Below are positions 36,782 through 46,758 of a DNA stretch of 64,000 bases, one piece after another. The position numbers were made by a program, and so were the translations under genes. Each line of letters starts with the position of its first letter. Position 1 is the first letter of the stretch. Under the pieces are notes generated by a model. It did not search any database. It saw only the letters and a list, made by a program, of their open reading frames with translations, and was not told the origin of the DNA. This DNA comes from Hyphomicrobiaceae bacterium (GTDB lineage: Bacteria > Pseudomonadota > Alphaproteobacteria > Rhizobiales > Hyphomicrobiaceae), in NCBI GenBank assembly GCA_021730785.1, contig JAKFWF010000049.1, positions 136,025 to 200,024 on the forward strand, in the 5' to 3' direction.

Positions 36782-38128
36782 TCAATTGCCTTGCTGGGCA
36801 ACGCCGGTTTCCAGCGCCAACACATGGCCGGCAAGGTAGAGCGATCCGCAGATAAGGATGCGCTTTGCCCCGCCGACAGCGCGATCGGCGCGATGCAGCG
36901 CGCTGCCGAGATCGGCCGCGGCTTCGGCTTTGAAGCCCAAGGTGCGGGCGAGGCCCGCCAATGCATCGGCCGCGAACGGCGCCTCGTGGGCGCCTGGGAT
37001 CGGCACGGCGAACAGGTGCGTCACCTGACCTTGGAACGGCTGCAGGAATCCACCGGCATCCTTCTGGCCCATCATGCCGACGATCATAACGAGCGGTTTT
37101 GGCGATCGCTCCTCGAGGTCGGCGACGGTTTGCGCCAGCGCCTGCCCGCCGGCCGGGTTGTGCCCGCCATCGAGCCAGATCTCGGCGTCGGCCGACAGCC
37201 CGCTGGTCAGGCGGCCGCCGGCCAGCCGCTGCATGCGCGCCGGCCAGACGACCTCGATCAGCCCGCGCTCGATGGCCTTGGGATCAAGACCGAACTCGTC
37301 GAGTTGCAACGCAGCGGCGATTGCGGTGCCCGCGTTCATGATCTGGTGGCGTCCGAGCAAGGCCGGCCGCGGCAGATCGAGCAGCGTGTCACCGGTCTGG
37401 AAGACCAGGCGGCCGCGCTGCTCGAAGGCGTCGTAATCCTCGCCGCACACTGTGAGCGGCGCGCCGATGCGCCGGGCGACGTCTCGGATGGCATCGAGGC
37501 CATCTGCGTCCTGCGGCGCGATGATCGCTGGCACGCCCCGCTTCAAAATGCCGGCCTTTTCGACCGCAATTTTGGCGACCGTATCACCCAGCTTATCGGC
37601 GTGATCCATGGAGACGGGCGTGATGATGGTGAGCCGCGGTTTCGCCACCACATTGGTCGTATCGGCGCGGCCGCCGAGGCCCACTTCCAATATCACCGCA
37701 TCGGCCGGCGTCTCGCTGAAGGCAAGGAACGCGGCGGCCGTGGTGATTTCGAAGAAAGTGACGGCAGCACCCGCATTCACACGTTCGACCCGCGACAGGA
37801 CCTCGACCAGTTCATGCTCGCCGATCGGCACGGCGCGGCCATCGGGACCGGCAAGCTGGATGCGCTCGTGGAACCGCACGAGGTGGGGGGATGTGTAGGC
37901 ATGCACCCGGTTGCCGGCCGCTTCGAGCATGGCCTTCAGGAATGCGGTGGTCGAGCCCTTGCCGTTGGTGCCGGCAATGTGGATGACGGGGGGCAAGGCC
38001 GTGTGCGGATTGCCGAGCTTTTCGAGCAATGCCACGATGCGATCGAGTGACAGATCGATCAGCAGCGGATGCAAGGTGCGCATGCGCGCCAGCAGTGCTT
38101 CGCTCGATTCGGGCGGAGATGTGCGCAA
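36782..38128 (-). CDS. folC: bifunctional folylpolyglutamate synthase / dihydrofolate synthase
   Basis: P-loop HIAGTNGKGST, AYTSPHLVRFHERI, and Mur-ligase middle and C-terminal domains. TTG start 7 nt after the accD stop. Confidence 0.85.
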   Translation of the reverse strand: MRTSPPESSEALLARMRTLHPLLIDLSLDRIVALLEKLGNPHTALPPVIHIAGTNGKGSTTAFLKAMLEAAGNRVHAYTSPHLVRFHERIQLAGPDGRAVPIGEHELVEVLSRVERVNAGAAVTFFEITTAAAFLAFSETPADAVILEVGLGGRADTTNVVAKPRLTIITPVSMDHADKLGDTVAKIAVEKAGILKRGVPAIIAPQDADGLDAIRDVARRIGAPLTVCGEDYDAFEQRGRLVFQTGDTLLDLPRPALLGRHQIMNAGTAIAAALQLDEFGLDPKAIERGLIEVVWPARMQRLAGGRLTSGLSADAEIWLDGGHNPAGGQALAQTVADLEERSPKPLVMIVGMMGQKDAGGFLQPFQGQVTHLFAVPIPGAHEAPFAADALAGLARTLGFKAEAAADLGSALHRADRAVGGAKRILICGSLYLAGHVLALETGVAQQGN

Positions 38129-38135
38129 AGGATCG

Positions 38136-39215
38136 TTATCCGGCCGGCTTGGACGTTGGCTTGGCGGCCGGGTCAGTTGGCTTTACCGGTGCGGCGGTTG
38201 TCATGGTCCGCGGTGACGCCGACGTGGCGGCCGGCGCCTTCGTGTCACTGCCATTGCCAACCGGCGCCTCGATCACGACGCCCTGTGCCGGCGCCGCCGC
38301 ATGGCCGTTGAGCGCGACATGCCCGTTCATGGTCTTGGGCTTGGCTGGCACTTTCACCAGCGAACTGTTGGCCGTCATCAACCGGCACAGCCGCCCGAGC
38401 GTCGCCTTCATCTTGTGGCGATGGACGACCATGTCGATCATGCCGTGCGCGAGCAGGTATTCGGCGCGCTGGAACCCATCGGGCAGCTGTTCGCGAATGG
38501 TCTGCTGGATCACGCGCGGGCCGGCGAAACAGATGAGCGCGCCGGGCTCGGCGATATGCACGTCGCCGAGCATCGCATAGGACGCGGTGACGCCGCCCGT
38601 CGTCGGATTGGTCAGCACCACGAGATAGGGCAGTCGCTCTTCGCGCAGACGCTGCACGGCGATGGTGGTGCGCGGCATCTGCATGAGCGACAGGATACCC
38701 TCCTGCATGCGTGCGCCGCCCGAGGCCGCGAACAGAATGAACGGCGTCTTCAGTTCGACCGCGCGCAGCATGCCGGCGATCACCGCCTGTCCTGCCGCCA
38801 TGCCGAGGGATCCGCCGACGAAACGCATGTCGTGGGCGGCAGCCACCACCGCCTGCTCCTCCAGGCGGCCTTCGCCGACCAGCACCGAATCCTCGAGTTC
38901 GGTCTTCGCGCGCGCTTCCTTGAGCCGCTCGGGGTAGCGCAGGCTATCGCGGAACTTGAGCGGATCGGCCGGCACGCTCGGCACGGCAACCTTCGTATAC
39001 TCGCCGTCATCGAACAGATGGGCCAGGCGCTGCTGCGCCGTCATGCGATCGTGGTGATTGGAACCCGGAAACACGTACTGGTTGTTGGCAAGGTCCTTTC
39101 CGAGCACCATCTGGCCGGACTCGGGGTCCGTGCGCCACATGTCGTCGGGCACCTCGCGCTTCGCCCCGAGGAAACCTCGAATCTTCGGACGAACGACGTT
39201 ATTGATCCAGTTCAC
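38136..39215 (-). CDS. accD: acetyl-CoA carboxylase carboxyltransferase beta subunit (Cys-less N-terminus, extended C-terminus)
   Basis: The N-terminus [12 protein letters not shown] is comparable to E. coli MSWIERIK. The carboxyltransferase core is present ([11 protein letters not shown] ... SGGARMQEG ... [17 protein letters not shown]). GTG start at 39215. Confidence 0.9.
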   Translation of the reverse strand: MNWINNVVRPKIRGFLGAKREVPDDMWRTDPESGQMVLGKDLANNQYVFPGSNHHDRMTAQQRLAHLFDDGEYTKVAVPSVPADPLKFRDSLRYPERLKEARAKTELEDSVLVGEGRLEEQAVVAAAHDMRFVGGSLGMAAGQAVIAGMLRAVELKTPFILFAASGGARMQEGILSLMQMPRTTIAVQRLREERLPYLVVLTNPTTGGVTASYAMLGDVHIAEPGALICFAGPRVIQQTIREQLPDGFQRAEYLLAHGMIDMVVHRHKMKATLGRLCRLMTANSSLVKVPAKPKTMNGHVALNGHAAAPAQGVVIEAPVGNGSDTKAPAATSASPRTMTTAAPVKPTDPAAKPTSKPAG

Positions 39216-39338
39216 GTTCAGTCAGCTCCTCGACGCGGGCTGCGCTACCTCAGCGCCTTCATGGCGGCTAACGAAGCGCCACCGTGGCGCGCCGGCCGCC
39301 ACTATATATTTGGTCTGCGACAGGAGTTGCAGGTGGCC

Positions 39339-40166
39339 TCACATGCCGTCCCGCAATCCGCTCGCCAATGCCTGGACGATACCTAGGACGGATTGCACCG
39401 TCTTTCCAGTGGGCTGACCCGCCTTGTCCAGCGACAAGGCAATCGTGGTAACCAAGATCGAGCCGACCACGACCGCATCCGCACCCTTGGCAATAGCACG
39501 GACCTGTTCCGGCGACTTGACCCCAAACCCAACGGCGACCGGTAACTTCGTCGATTTCTTGATGCGCGCAACCTGGGCGTGCACATCGGCAGCATCCGGC
39601 GCGGCTGTTCCCGTAATGCCGGTGATCGACACATAGTAGACAAAGCCGCTGGTGTTGGCGAGCACCGCCGGCAGCCGCTTTGCGTCGGTCGTCGGCGTCG
39701 CAAGTCTGATGAAATTCAAGCCTTTGGCCACCGCCGGCAGGCACAATTCGTCGTCCATTTCCGGTGGCGCATCGACGATGATCAGGCCATCGACGCCGGC
39801 ATCCTTGGCATCGTTCAGGAATGCATCCACCGGGTACACGTAGATCGGGTTGAGGTAGCCCATCAGCACGATCGGCGTCGTTTGATCCTTGGCGCGGAAC
39901 GCCTTCACTGCAGCAATGGTCTTTTTCATGGTCTGCCCGGCCTTCAAGGCGCGCAAGCCGGCGGCCTGGATGGCGGGGCCGTCGGCCATGGGGTCGGAGA
40001 ACGGCATGCCGACCTCGATGATATCGGCACCAGCGGCAGGCAGGCCTTCCAAGATGCGGGCGAAGGTTGCGGCATCGGGATCGCCCGCCATCACGAATGT
40101 GACGAGGCCGGCACGGCGCTCGGCACGCAAGGCGGCAAATCGCTTATCGATGCGGGTGTCGGTCAT
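39339..40166 (-). CDS. trpA: tryptophan synthase alpha chain
   Basis: [48 protein letters not shown] and the C-terminal VGFGV...GADAVVVGS blocks. ATG at 40166. Confidence 0.9.
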   Translation of the reverse strand: MTDTRIDKRFAALRAERRAGLVTFVMAGDPDAATFARILEGLPAAGADIIEVGMPFSDPMADGPAIQAAGLRALKAGQTMKKTIAAVKAFRAKDQTTPIVLMGYLNPIYVYPVDAFLNDAKDAGVDGLIIVDAPPEMDDELCLPAVAKGLNFIRLATPTTDAKRLPAVLANTSGFVYYVSITGITGTAAPDAADVHAQVARIKKSTKLPVAVGFGVKSPEQVRAIAKGADAVVVGSILVTTIALSLDKAGQPTGKTVQSVLGIVQALASGLRDGM

Positions 40167-40300
40167 TGAAGGGCGTTCGCTTCTCTCCGGGGCAGGCTCT
40201 GTGTCCATGACCGCGTGATCCCGCGGTTGCAAGGGAATTATACCCGGGAACGCCCGCAGCCGCTAGGAAATTCACGGTCTGGCGCTTGTCTGAGCGGTCC

Positions 40301-41314
40301 CTACTTGGTTGGAATGAGGTATTTTGCCGCCGCCGATGACAGCGGCCCGCCGATCACGCAAGGCAGCGCCAATTCCACCTGCCCCAGGGCACCGGCCGCG
40401 ATGCAACCGGCAGCGATCAGCGTGGTGCCGGCTTGCGCCCACCAGGCGAGGTCACGGTTGCGCTGCGGCCCTTTAACCCGCAATTCCTCGATGCTGGTGA
40501 CGGCTGCCTTGCGGATCCGCGCCGTGTCGGACACTTCCACCGCCTCGATCAGATCGCGCAGGTTGGTCGAAACCACTTTGCCGCGGATGCTGGACTGTTC
40601 CTTCAGGTGCCGCAGCAGATCGAGATCGCGCGTCGCATTGTTGGTGAGCGTCCACTTCGCCATGCCGGCGATGGTGAGCTTCTCGATGTCGTTCTCCTCG
40701 CTCGACCAAGCAAGGACCGCGATGATGCGGTCGACCGGCTCCGGCGACCGGGTGGCGAAGTAGTAGCCCCAGTTGGTATCGAGCACGACCGGCCCCTTTT
40801 CCAGCGGCGCCACCTGCAAGACCGGCAGCTTGCCCGTCAGATAGCGGTCGATCAGCACGGTGCGGGCCGGCATGCGCTCGGAGAACTTAGCAAGCAGCGC
40901 CTTCCAGTCGAGCAAACCGGAATAGGCGATCGCCCTTACGATCGCCACCTGGTCTTCCGGCGGGATCGGGAACATGCGCGCGATCAGGATCTCGGCCATC
41001 TCGGGATTGGCGCCGAGCACACCGGCGATGAAGCCAACGTGGATGCCGGCTGCATCCATGTCGCGAAACAGCCCGAGCGCACTCATGGCATGCACGACTT
41101 CGGGCAGCCGATCCGGCTCGGGATTGGTGTGATAGCGGTCGATGAACCGCAGCACATGCTCGGGCGCGGTGAAGGGCGGCTTCTTTGCCACCGCCGGCCT
41201 AGCTGTAGCCGCTGCATGGCTCTGCCTGGGCTGTGCGGCATGCACCGCCTGCGGCGCAACCAGGAACAGGCCGGCACTCATGATCAGCGCTTGGGCGATG
41301 CGGCGACGCGGCAC
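40301..41314 (-). CDS. hypothetical secreted protein with a C-terminal membrane anchor (337 aa)
   Basis: Signal peptide MPRRRIAQALIMSAGLFLVAPQAVHA and a hydrophobic C-terminus (AGTTLIAAGCIAAGALGQV...). No family recognised. It starts 13 nt downstream of the DUF2783-like gene. Confidence 0.65.
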   Translation of the reverse strand: MPRRRIAQALIMSAGLFLVAPQAVHAAQPRQSHAAATARPAVAKKPPFTAPEHVLRFIDRYHTNPEPDRLPEVVHAMSALGLFRDMDAAGIHVGFIAGVLGANPEMAEILIARMFPIPPEDQVAIVRAIAYSGLLDWKALLAKFSERMPARTVLIDRYLTGKLPVLQVAPLEKGPVVLDTNWGYYFATRSPEPVDRIIAVLAWSSEENDIEKLTIAGMAKWTLTNNATRDLDLLRHLKEQSSIRGKVVSTNLRDLIEAVEVSDTARIRKAAVTSIEELRVKGPQRNRDLAWWAQAGTTLIAAGCIAAGALGQVELALPCVIGGPLSSAAAKYLIPTK

Positions 41315-41327
41315 GGGACACCTCCAC

Positions 41328-41624
41328 TCATCGGCGGTCGTCAGAAACGCGCTCGGCCGATGGCGATTTTGTGGCTGCCCGACATGCCGTCGCGGGTGGC
41401 TTGCGCACCGCCCGGCCGGCGAGCGCCAGGGCTTGCCGCAGGATCTCGAGATCGCCGATCTGGTTGGCCAGGATCAGCACCAGTCGCGCGTTGAGGTCGG
41501 CACTCGCTTCGTCCGACAGGCCGCGGTGCGTTTCGATCAACAGGCGATAGGCCATATCGGGATCGGCGAAACGATTTACCGCCAGCTCGAGGGTCACATT
41601 CGGCAACGCGGGCGTGTCCTGCAC
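41328..41624 (-). CDS. DUF2783-like small protein
   Basis: ADPDMAYRLLIETHRGLSDEASADLNARLVLILANQIGDLEILRQALALA matches my memory of the DUF2783 core. The start is uncertain (GTG at 41624 or 41597; the track ORF extends to 41684). Confidence 0.6.
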   Translation of the reverse strand: MQDTPALPNVTLELAVNRFADPDMAYRLLIETHRGLSDEASADLNARLVLILANQIGDLEILRQALALAGRAVRKPPATACRAATKSPSAERVSDDRR

Positions 41625-41693
41625 TGATTTTTTCCCTTCGATTGACCGTTGAACCGGGCGCCACGATAGGCTAGGTGACGCCAACGTGGAACA

Positions 41694-41778
41694 GCGGGCG
41701 TGGTGGAACTGGTAGACGCGCCGGACTCAAAATCCGGTTCCGCAAGGAGTGTCGGTTCGATTCCGACCGCCCGCACCA
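41694..41778 (+). tRNA. tRNA-Leu (anticodon CAA)
   Basis: Acceptor stem GCGGGCG/CGCCCGC plus ACCA. Anticodon stem CCGGA/UCCGG with loop CUCAAAA. Long variable arm (class II). T arm GGTTCGATTCC. Confidence 0.9.
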
Positions 41779-41905
41779 CTCTCCGCCCGGCGCGATGCGG
41801 CGCACAGGCCCTGGATGTTATCCCCAGCTTGGCCCTCGGCGAACTCCCTGACGCGCGCGCGGTGTGCGATAGTCGGGCCGTGCAGCCCAATCTGGACCAT
41901 CCACC

Positions 41906-42346
41906 ATGCCCCTTCACATCGTCAAACTGTGCGTCGGCGCCGACAGCGTTGCCGATCTCGCGACGTGGCAGAAGGGGCGATTGGCCGCGCAGAAACGTGC
42001 CGGCGAGCCACGGCGGCTGTTCCATACGACGCGCATGGTGCCGAAGAGGCAGGACGAGATCGCCGGCCAAGGCTCGCTATACTGGGTGATCAAGGGCATC
42101 ATCCAGGTGCGCCAGCGCATCACAGGCTTCGACAGCGGCACCAAGGAGGATGGCACGCCTTGCTGCCTGTTGATGCTCGACGAGCAGCTCATCGAGGTGC
42201 GTCCCACCGTGCGCAAGGCGTTCCAGGGCTGGCGCTATCTGAGCGACGCCGATGCTCCGGCAGATCTCGCGGGCGGCTCGGCCAACAGCATCGCGCAATT
42301 GCCGCCCAAGATGCGCAAGGAACTCGCGGAATTGGGTCTGCTGTGA
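41906..42346 (+). CDS. DUF1489 family protein
   Basis: MPLHIVKLCVGADSVADL ... HTTRMVPKRQDEI ... GSLYWVIKG ... AFQGWRYL is the pattern I recall for DUF1489. Confidence 0.75.
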   Translation: MPLHIVKLCVGADSVADLATWQKGRLAAQKRAGEPRRLFHTTRMVPKRQDEIAGQGSLYWVIKGIIQVRQRITGFDSGTKEDGTPCCLLMLDEQLIEVRPTVRKAFQGWRYLSDADAPADLAGGSANSIAQLPPKMRKELAELGLL

Positions 42347-42367
42347 GCGGACGTTGCGAGGTGATGG

Positions 42368-43936
42368 TCATGGTGCGCGCTGCGGCATGGCCCCAGGTTC
42401 GGCCGCTGAGCGAAGCACGCCGCTGTCCTTGATCCAGGCATCGAGCGTCGCCACTTCCGGCGCGGTCATGCGCAATCCGAGCTTCGAGCGGCGCCACACG
42501 ATGTCATCGGCGGTGCGTGCCCATTCTTCGGCAATGAGATAGCGCACCTCCGCTTCGCTCAGGCTCGCACCGAACGTGACGCCGAGGTCGGTCATGCTGC
42601 GGGCGGCACCGAGCAGCCTGCGGGCGCGCGTGCCATAGGCGTCCACCAGGCGGCGCGCTTGGGTCGCTTCGAGAAACGGAAAGTCGCGCTGCAAATCAGC
42701 CGTTAGCGCGCTCTTCCCAGTGACCGCAAAATCGCCACCGGGCAGGTTCGCGCGCGCGGTCCAGCCCTTGCTGGTCATGAGCCGCCGGGCGAATTCCGGT
42801 TCGGCATGGGCTGCGATTCGGTCGAGGGCCGCTTCGGCAAGCCGCCGGTACGTCGTGATCTTGCCGCCGAAGATCGACAACAGCGGCGTGCCGCCGTCCG
42901 TAGCGTCGATCTCGAACACGTAGTCCCGGGTCGCAGCCTTCGCTTCGCTGGCGCCATCGTCATAGAGCGGCCGCACGCCGGAATAACTCCACACCACGTC
43001 GGCCGGCGTGATCGGCCGCGCGAAGTCGCGGCTGATGGCTGCACACAGGTAGTCGATTTCCTCGGCCGTCGCGTGCACCGCCGCCGGATCGCCGGCATAG
43101 TCGTGGTCAGTGGTGCCGATCAGCGTGAAGTCGTCCAGATAGGGAATGGCGAACACGATGCGGCCGTCCGCGGTCTGCAGAATATAGGCGCGGTCGTGCT
43201 CGAACAGCTTGCGCACCACGACGTGGGAGCCCTGCACGAGGCGGACCTTGGCCTTGGCGTTCGCGCCGATGCCGCGCGCCAGCACATCGCCGACCCAGGG
43301 GCCGGCGGCGTTGACGAGCGCGCGGGCACGGATCATCGATGTGCGCCCCGTCATGCTGTCGGCGACGGTCAGTTCCCATAGGCCATCGCGACGGGTGGCC
43401 GCCACCGCCTTGCTGCGCGTTGCGATTGTTGCGCCCCGCTCGCGTGCGTCCATGGCGTTGAGGGTGACGAGGCGCGCGTCATCGACGAAGCAGTCGGAAT
43501 ATTCGAACGCGGCACCGAACAGCGCGCGCCGCAGCGGAAGACCTGCCGCATCGTGATCGAGGTCGAGTACGGTCGTGCCGGGCAGTCTGTGTCGTCCGCC
43601 CAAGTGATCATAGAGGAACAGGCCGAGGCGCAGCAGCCAGGCCGGGCGCAGGCCCTGTCGATGCGGCAGCACGAAGCGCAAGGGCTTGATCACGTGCGGC
43701 GCGATGGCCCACAGCACTTCGCGCTCGACCAGCGCTTCGCGAACCAATCGAAACTCGTAATGCTCGAGGTAGCGCAGGCCGCCATGAATGAGCTTGGTCG
43801 ACCAGGACGAGGTGCCGCTGGCGAGATCGTTCATCTCGCACAGATAGACCGACAGGCCGCGCCCACTGGCGTCGCGGGCGATGCCGCAGCCGTTGATTCC
43901 GCCGCCGATAATGGCCAGATCGACGATCGGGTTCAT
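42368..43936 (-). CDS. glpD: aerobic glycerol-3-phosphate dehydrogenase
   Basis: FAD fingerprint DLAIIGGGINGCGIARDASGRG, then SSWSTKLIHGGLRYLE. The ATG is preceded by AGGAGG. Confidence 0.9.
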   Translation of the reverse strand: MNPIVDLAIIGGGINGCGIARDASGRGLSVYLCEMNDLASGTSSWSTKLIHGGLRYLEHYEFRLVREALVEREVLWAIAPHVIKPLRFVLPHRQGLRPAWLLRLGLFLYDHLGGRHRLPGTTVLDLDHDAAGLPLRRALFGAAFEYSDCFVDDARLVTLNAMDARERGATIATRSKAVAATRRDGLWELTVADSMTGRTSMIRARALVNAAGPWVGDVLARGIGANAKAKVRLVQGSHVVVRKLFEHDRAYILQTADGRIVFAIPYLDDFTLIGTTDHDYAGDPAAVHATAEEIDYLCAAISRDFARPITPADVVWSYSGVRPLYDDGASEAKAATRDYVFEIDATDGGTPLLSIFGGKITTYRRLAEAALDRIAAHAEPEFARRLMTSKGWTARANLPGGDFAVTGKSALTADLQRDFPFLEATQARRLVDAYGTRARRLLGAARSMTDLGVTFGASLSEAEVRYLIAEEWARTADDIVWRRSKLGLRMTAPEVATLDAWIKDSGVLRSAAEPGAMPQRAP

Positions 43937-44256
43937 GCGCGCCTCCTAGAGAGACCACCGCCCTGGATGGTCTCGTGCGTTGCACGGGATGATGAATGAA
44001 TCGTCTGGGTATAGGAAGCCGGGCCGCCGCGGTCCGCGTTTCGTGGTTGCGCCTTCCGACGCGTCCATTGTCTGTCGTAGTCCCACCCACTGAAGGGCAA
44101 TTCAATACGCGCTCTACCCCACACCCCAGGGTGTCATCTGCCTACCCGGCCGAAGCGGTTGTGTCCGACGCCGAGACCACGTCGGTTGCCAGCGGAGGTA
44201 AGTGGATGGGTCCGGGGTATTGGTACTCACGGTGGCGCGCATGGCCGATGGCGGGA

Positions 44257-45477
44257 TCAAATGATCGCGGCCTCCAGGAACGGCTCGCCGCGCGCGATCC
44301 GCCCGTAGCCGAACGCCGACAAATCGAGAGTGCGGAACCGGCCGTAGGTGATCAGCTCGGACAATCCGCGCCCCATGGCGGGAGCCTGCTGGAAGCCGTG
44401 GCCGGAGAAGCCGTTGACGAACATGAAATTCGCAACCTGTGTGTGGGGGCCAATAATCGCGTTCTGATCGAGCGTGTTGTAGTCGTAATGCCCGGCCCAG
44501 GCATTGATCAGCTTGACTGCCTCGAACTGCGGGATGCGCGCGGCCACCGCCGGCCACACCTTTTCCTGCCAGATGTCGTGGTCCATGGCGAAATCGTCGG
44601 GATCGACGGCCGGGTCCACTTCGGGCGGGCAGCCGGCCATGTAGTAGGCGCCGTCCGTGCGGCAGTGCACGCCGGACGGGTCGATGGTCAGGGGCAGGTC
44701 ACGGTCGAGGGGTTTTTCGGCGGCGAAGATGAAGGTGAAGCGTTTGCGCGGTTCGACCGGGATCGCGATGCCGGCCATCCTGCAGGTCGCAGCCGCGCGC
44801 GTGCCACTGGCATTGACGAGGGTGCCGCAGGCGATGACCTCTCCGCTCTGCAGGGTGACGCTGTCGACGCGGGTGCCGGCGGCGTTGAGGGTCATCGCCA
44901 CCACCTGGTTGGTGCAGTATTCGACGCCGCGTTCGCGCGCCAGCCGCTTCCACCAGTCGAACAGCGTCGCGCCGTCGAAGTAGCCCTCATCGACCAGATT
45001 GTGATTGCCGGCAATGATGTCGTCGAGCCGGTAGAACGGGTAGGCTCCCGCAATCTCGTCGCGGGTCATGTGGCGGGTGGCGGCGCCGCAGGCGGCCTGC
45101 ACTGTCTGGGCAGCCCGCAGCGCATCGGCAAAGGCCTGTGTATCGGCCAGATAGAGGTAGCCGAAGCTGTGCAGCGTGGGCCTGGGCACACGGGGATCGC
45201 CGCCCATGTGCGATTGGAAATTCTTCACGAACTGCGCGCCGTACTGGGAAATCCGCACGTTGATCTCGGTGCTGAATTGCTGGCGGATGCAGCTGTTGGT
45301 GAGCGATGTTGCGGCGAACTGATAGGTCGGGTCGCGCTCGACGACGAGGATCATCCCCGTGAAATCCGGGTTGTTCGACAGGAACCAGGCGACCGACGAT
45401 CCCAGCATCGCGCCGCCGATGATCACCACATCGTAGCTGCGCTTTTTCGGAGTGGTTTCGATCGGTGTGAGTGCCAA
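44257..45477 (-). CDS. FAD-dependent oxidoreductase (DAO family)
   Basis: The start is assigned to the TTG at 45477, preceded by GGGGAG with 8-nt spacing. FAD fingerprint YDVVIIGGAMLGSSVAWFL. The track ORF extends further, to 45735. Confidence 0.8.
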   Translation of the reverse strand: MALTPIETTPKKRSYDVVIIGGAMLGSSVAWFLSNNPDFTGMILVVERDPTYQFAATSLTNSCIRQQFSTEINVRISQYGAQFVKNFQSHMGGDPRVPRPTLHSFGYLYLADTQAFADALRAAQTVQAACGAATRHMTRDEIAGAYPFYRLDDIIAGNHNLVDEGYFDGATLFDWWKRLARERGVEYCTNQVVAMTLNAAGTRVDSVTLQSGEVIACGTLVNASGTRAAATCRMAGIAIPVEPRKRFTFIFAAEKPLDRDLPLTIDPSGVHCRTDGAYYMAGCPPEVDPAVDPDDFAMDHDIWQEKVWPAVAARIPQFEAVKLINAWAGHYDYNTLDQNAIIGPHTQVANFMFVNGFSGHGFQQAPAMGRGLSELITYGRFRTLDLSAFGYGRIARGEPFLEAAII

Positions 45478-45594
45478 GAGTGGGTCTCCCCGGTGCAGAG
45501 CAACATCGACACGGTGGCTATAATCAGTGGTAGCATCTGCCACAAGCCGCCACTGATCGGGAATTGGAAATGCGGCGCGCCATGGGAGACGATC

Positions 45595-46641
45595 GTGTCG
45601 AAAGTGCTTGGAACACTGGCCGACCTGCCGCAGGACTATCGCGATGCCATGGCGCGCGCCGGCGTCGCCCCGCTGTGGCCGCAGATGCGCAACGTACTGC
45701 CGCACCACGCGCCCGTGCCGGTGACGAAATCCCACCTCTGGGCTTACGCGGACGTTCGCCCGCTGCTGCTGCGAGCCGGCGAACTCACGCCGGTCGAGAA
45801 GGCTGAACGGCGGGTGCTGTTCCTGGCCGATCCGGGCCGGGGACAGGGCGCCATGCAGGCGACGTCAACGATCTATGTCGGGCTGCAGCTGCTGCTGCCG
45901 GGCGAAACCGCACCCGCCCACAAGCACACGCCGAGCGCCGCCCGCATCGTCGTCGAAGGGGACGGCGCCTACACCATCGTCGATGGCGACAAGCTGCCGA
46001 TGCATGCGGGCGATCTGATCCTCACCCCCGGCGGCTGCTGGCACGACCATGGCCACAGCGGCACGGCACCCGTGATCTGGCTCGACGCGCTCGACCTGCC
46101 GCTGTTCGTCTACCTCGAGGGCTCCTACGCTGTGGAAGCGCCGCTGCAAGCCCATCGCAACCGCCCCGACCCGTCCGAAGTCGAGTATCGCGCGGCCGGC
46201 CACGCACCTGTCCGCCGCCGCGACCGCGCAGCACCGGCCGCCTATCCGATGATGCGCTTTCCCTGGGCGCGCACCGAAGCGGCGCTCCGGCACGTGGCGG
46301 CGCACAACGGCGGTACGTCTGCGGAACTCGACTACATCAATCCGGAAACCGGACAGAGCTGCCTGCCGACCATGGGCTTCACGGCGATGCTGCTGCGGCC
46401 GGGTGTCGCCGTCCGCCCGCCGCTCCGTTCGGCGAGTGCTGTCTATCACGTGGTCGGCGGTCACGGCTCGACGACGATCAACGGCGCAACCCACACCTGG
46501 GGGCCGAAGGACAGCTTCTCCGCACCCGTGTTCGCTGCGATCGAGCATAAGGCGGCCGGCGACGCTCCAGCCTTTGTGATCCGCATCCACGATACGCCGC
46601 TGCAGGAGAAACTCGGCTACTACGAGGAACGTGAACGCTGA
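45595..46641 (+). CDS. gentisate 1,2-dioxygenase-like bicupin
   Basis: The GTG at 45595 is preceded by GGGAGA with 5-nt spacing. Metal motif APAHKHTPSAARIVVEGDG ... PMHAGDLILTPGGCWHDHGH. The upstream 533 aa of the track ORF is antisense to the neighbouring gene and was rejected. Confidence 0.8.
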   Translation: MSKVLGTLADLPQDYRDAMARAGVAPLWPQMRNVLPHHAPVPVTKSHLWAYADVRPLLLRAGELTPVEKAERRVLFLADPGRGQGAMQATSTIYVGLQLLLPGETAPAHKHTPSAARIVVEGDGAYTIVDGDKLPMHAGDLILTPGGCWHDHGHSGTAPVIWLDALDLPLFVYLEGSYAVEAPLQAHRNRPDPSEVEYRAAGHAPVRRRDRAAPAAYPMMRFPWARTEAALRHVAAHNGGTSAELDYINPETGQSCLPTMGFTAMLLRPGVAVRPPLRSASAVYHVVGGHGSTTINGATHTWGPKDSFSAPVFAAIEHKAAGDAPAFVIRIHDTPLQEKLGYYEERER

Positions 46642-46758
46642 TGGCGCCGATCAACATCGCAGAGCCGGCATGATCGAACGCGCGATGCTTGATCTCGACG
46701 GCGCTCTCGACCAGCATGGCGCATCCGAAGCAACAACCGGCGCGCACACGAGATTCCC

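Noticed and set aside
41694-41905. tRNA-Leu(CAA) as the integration site of a genomic island
   Set aside because: No integrase, excisionase or phage gene lies on either side. I could not see a direct repeat of the tRNA 3' end nearby by eye.
43996-45594. N-terminal 533 aa of the 881-aa plus-strand track ORF
   Set aside because: This part is antisense to the FAD oxidoreductase gene and has no cupin or other motifs. The dioxygenase-like sequence begins at a GTG with a good SD sequence at 45595.
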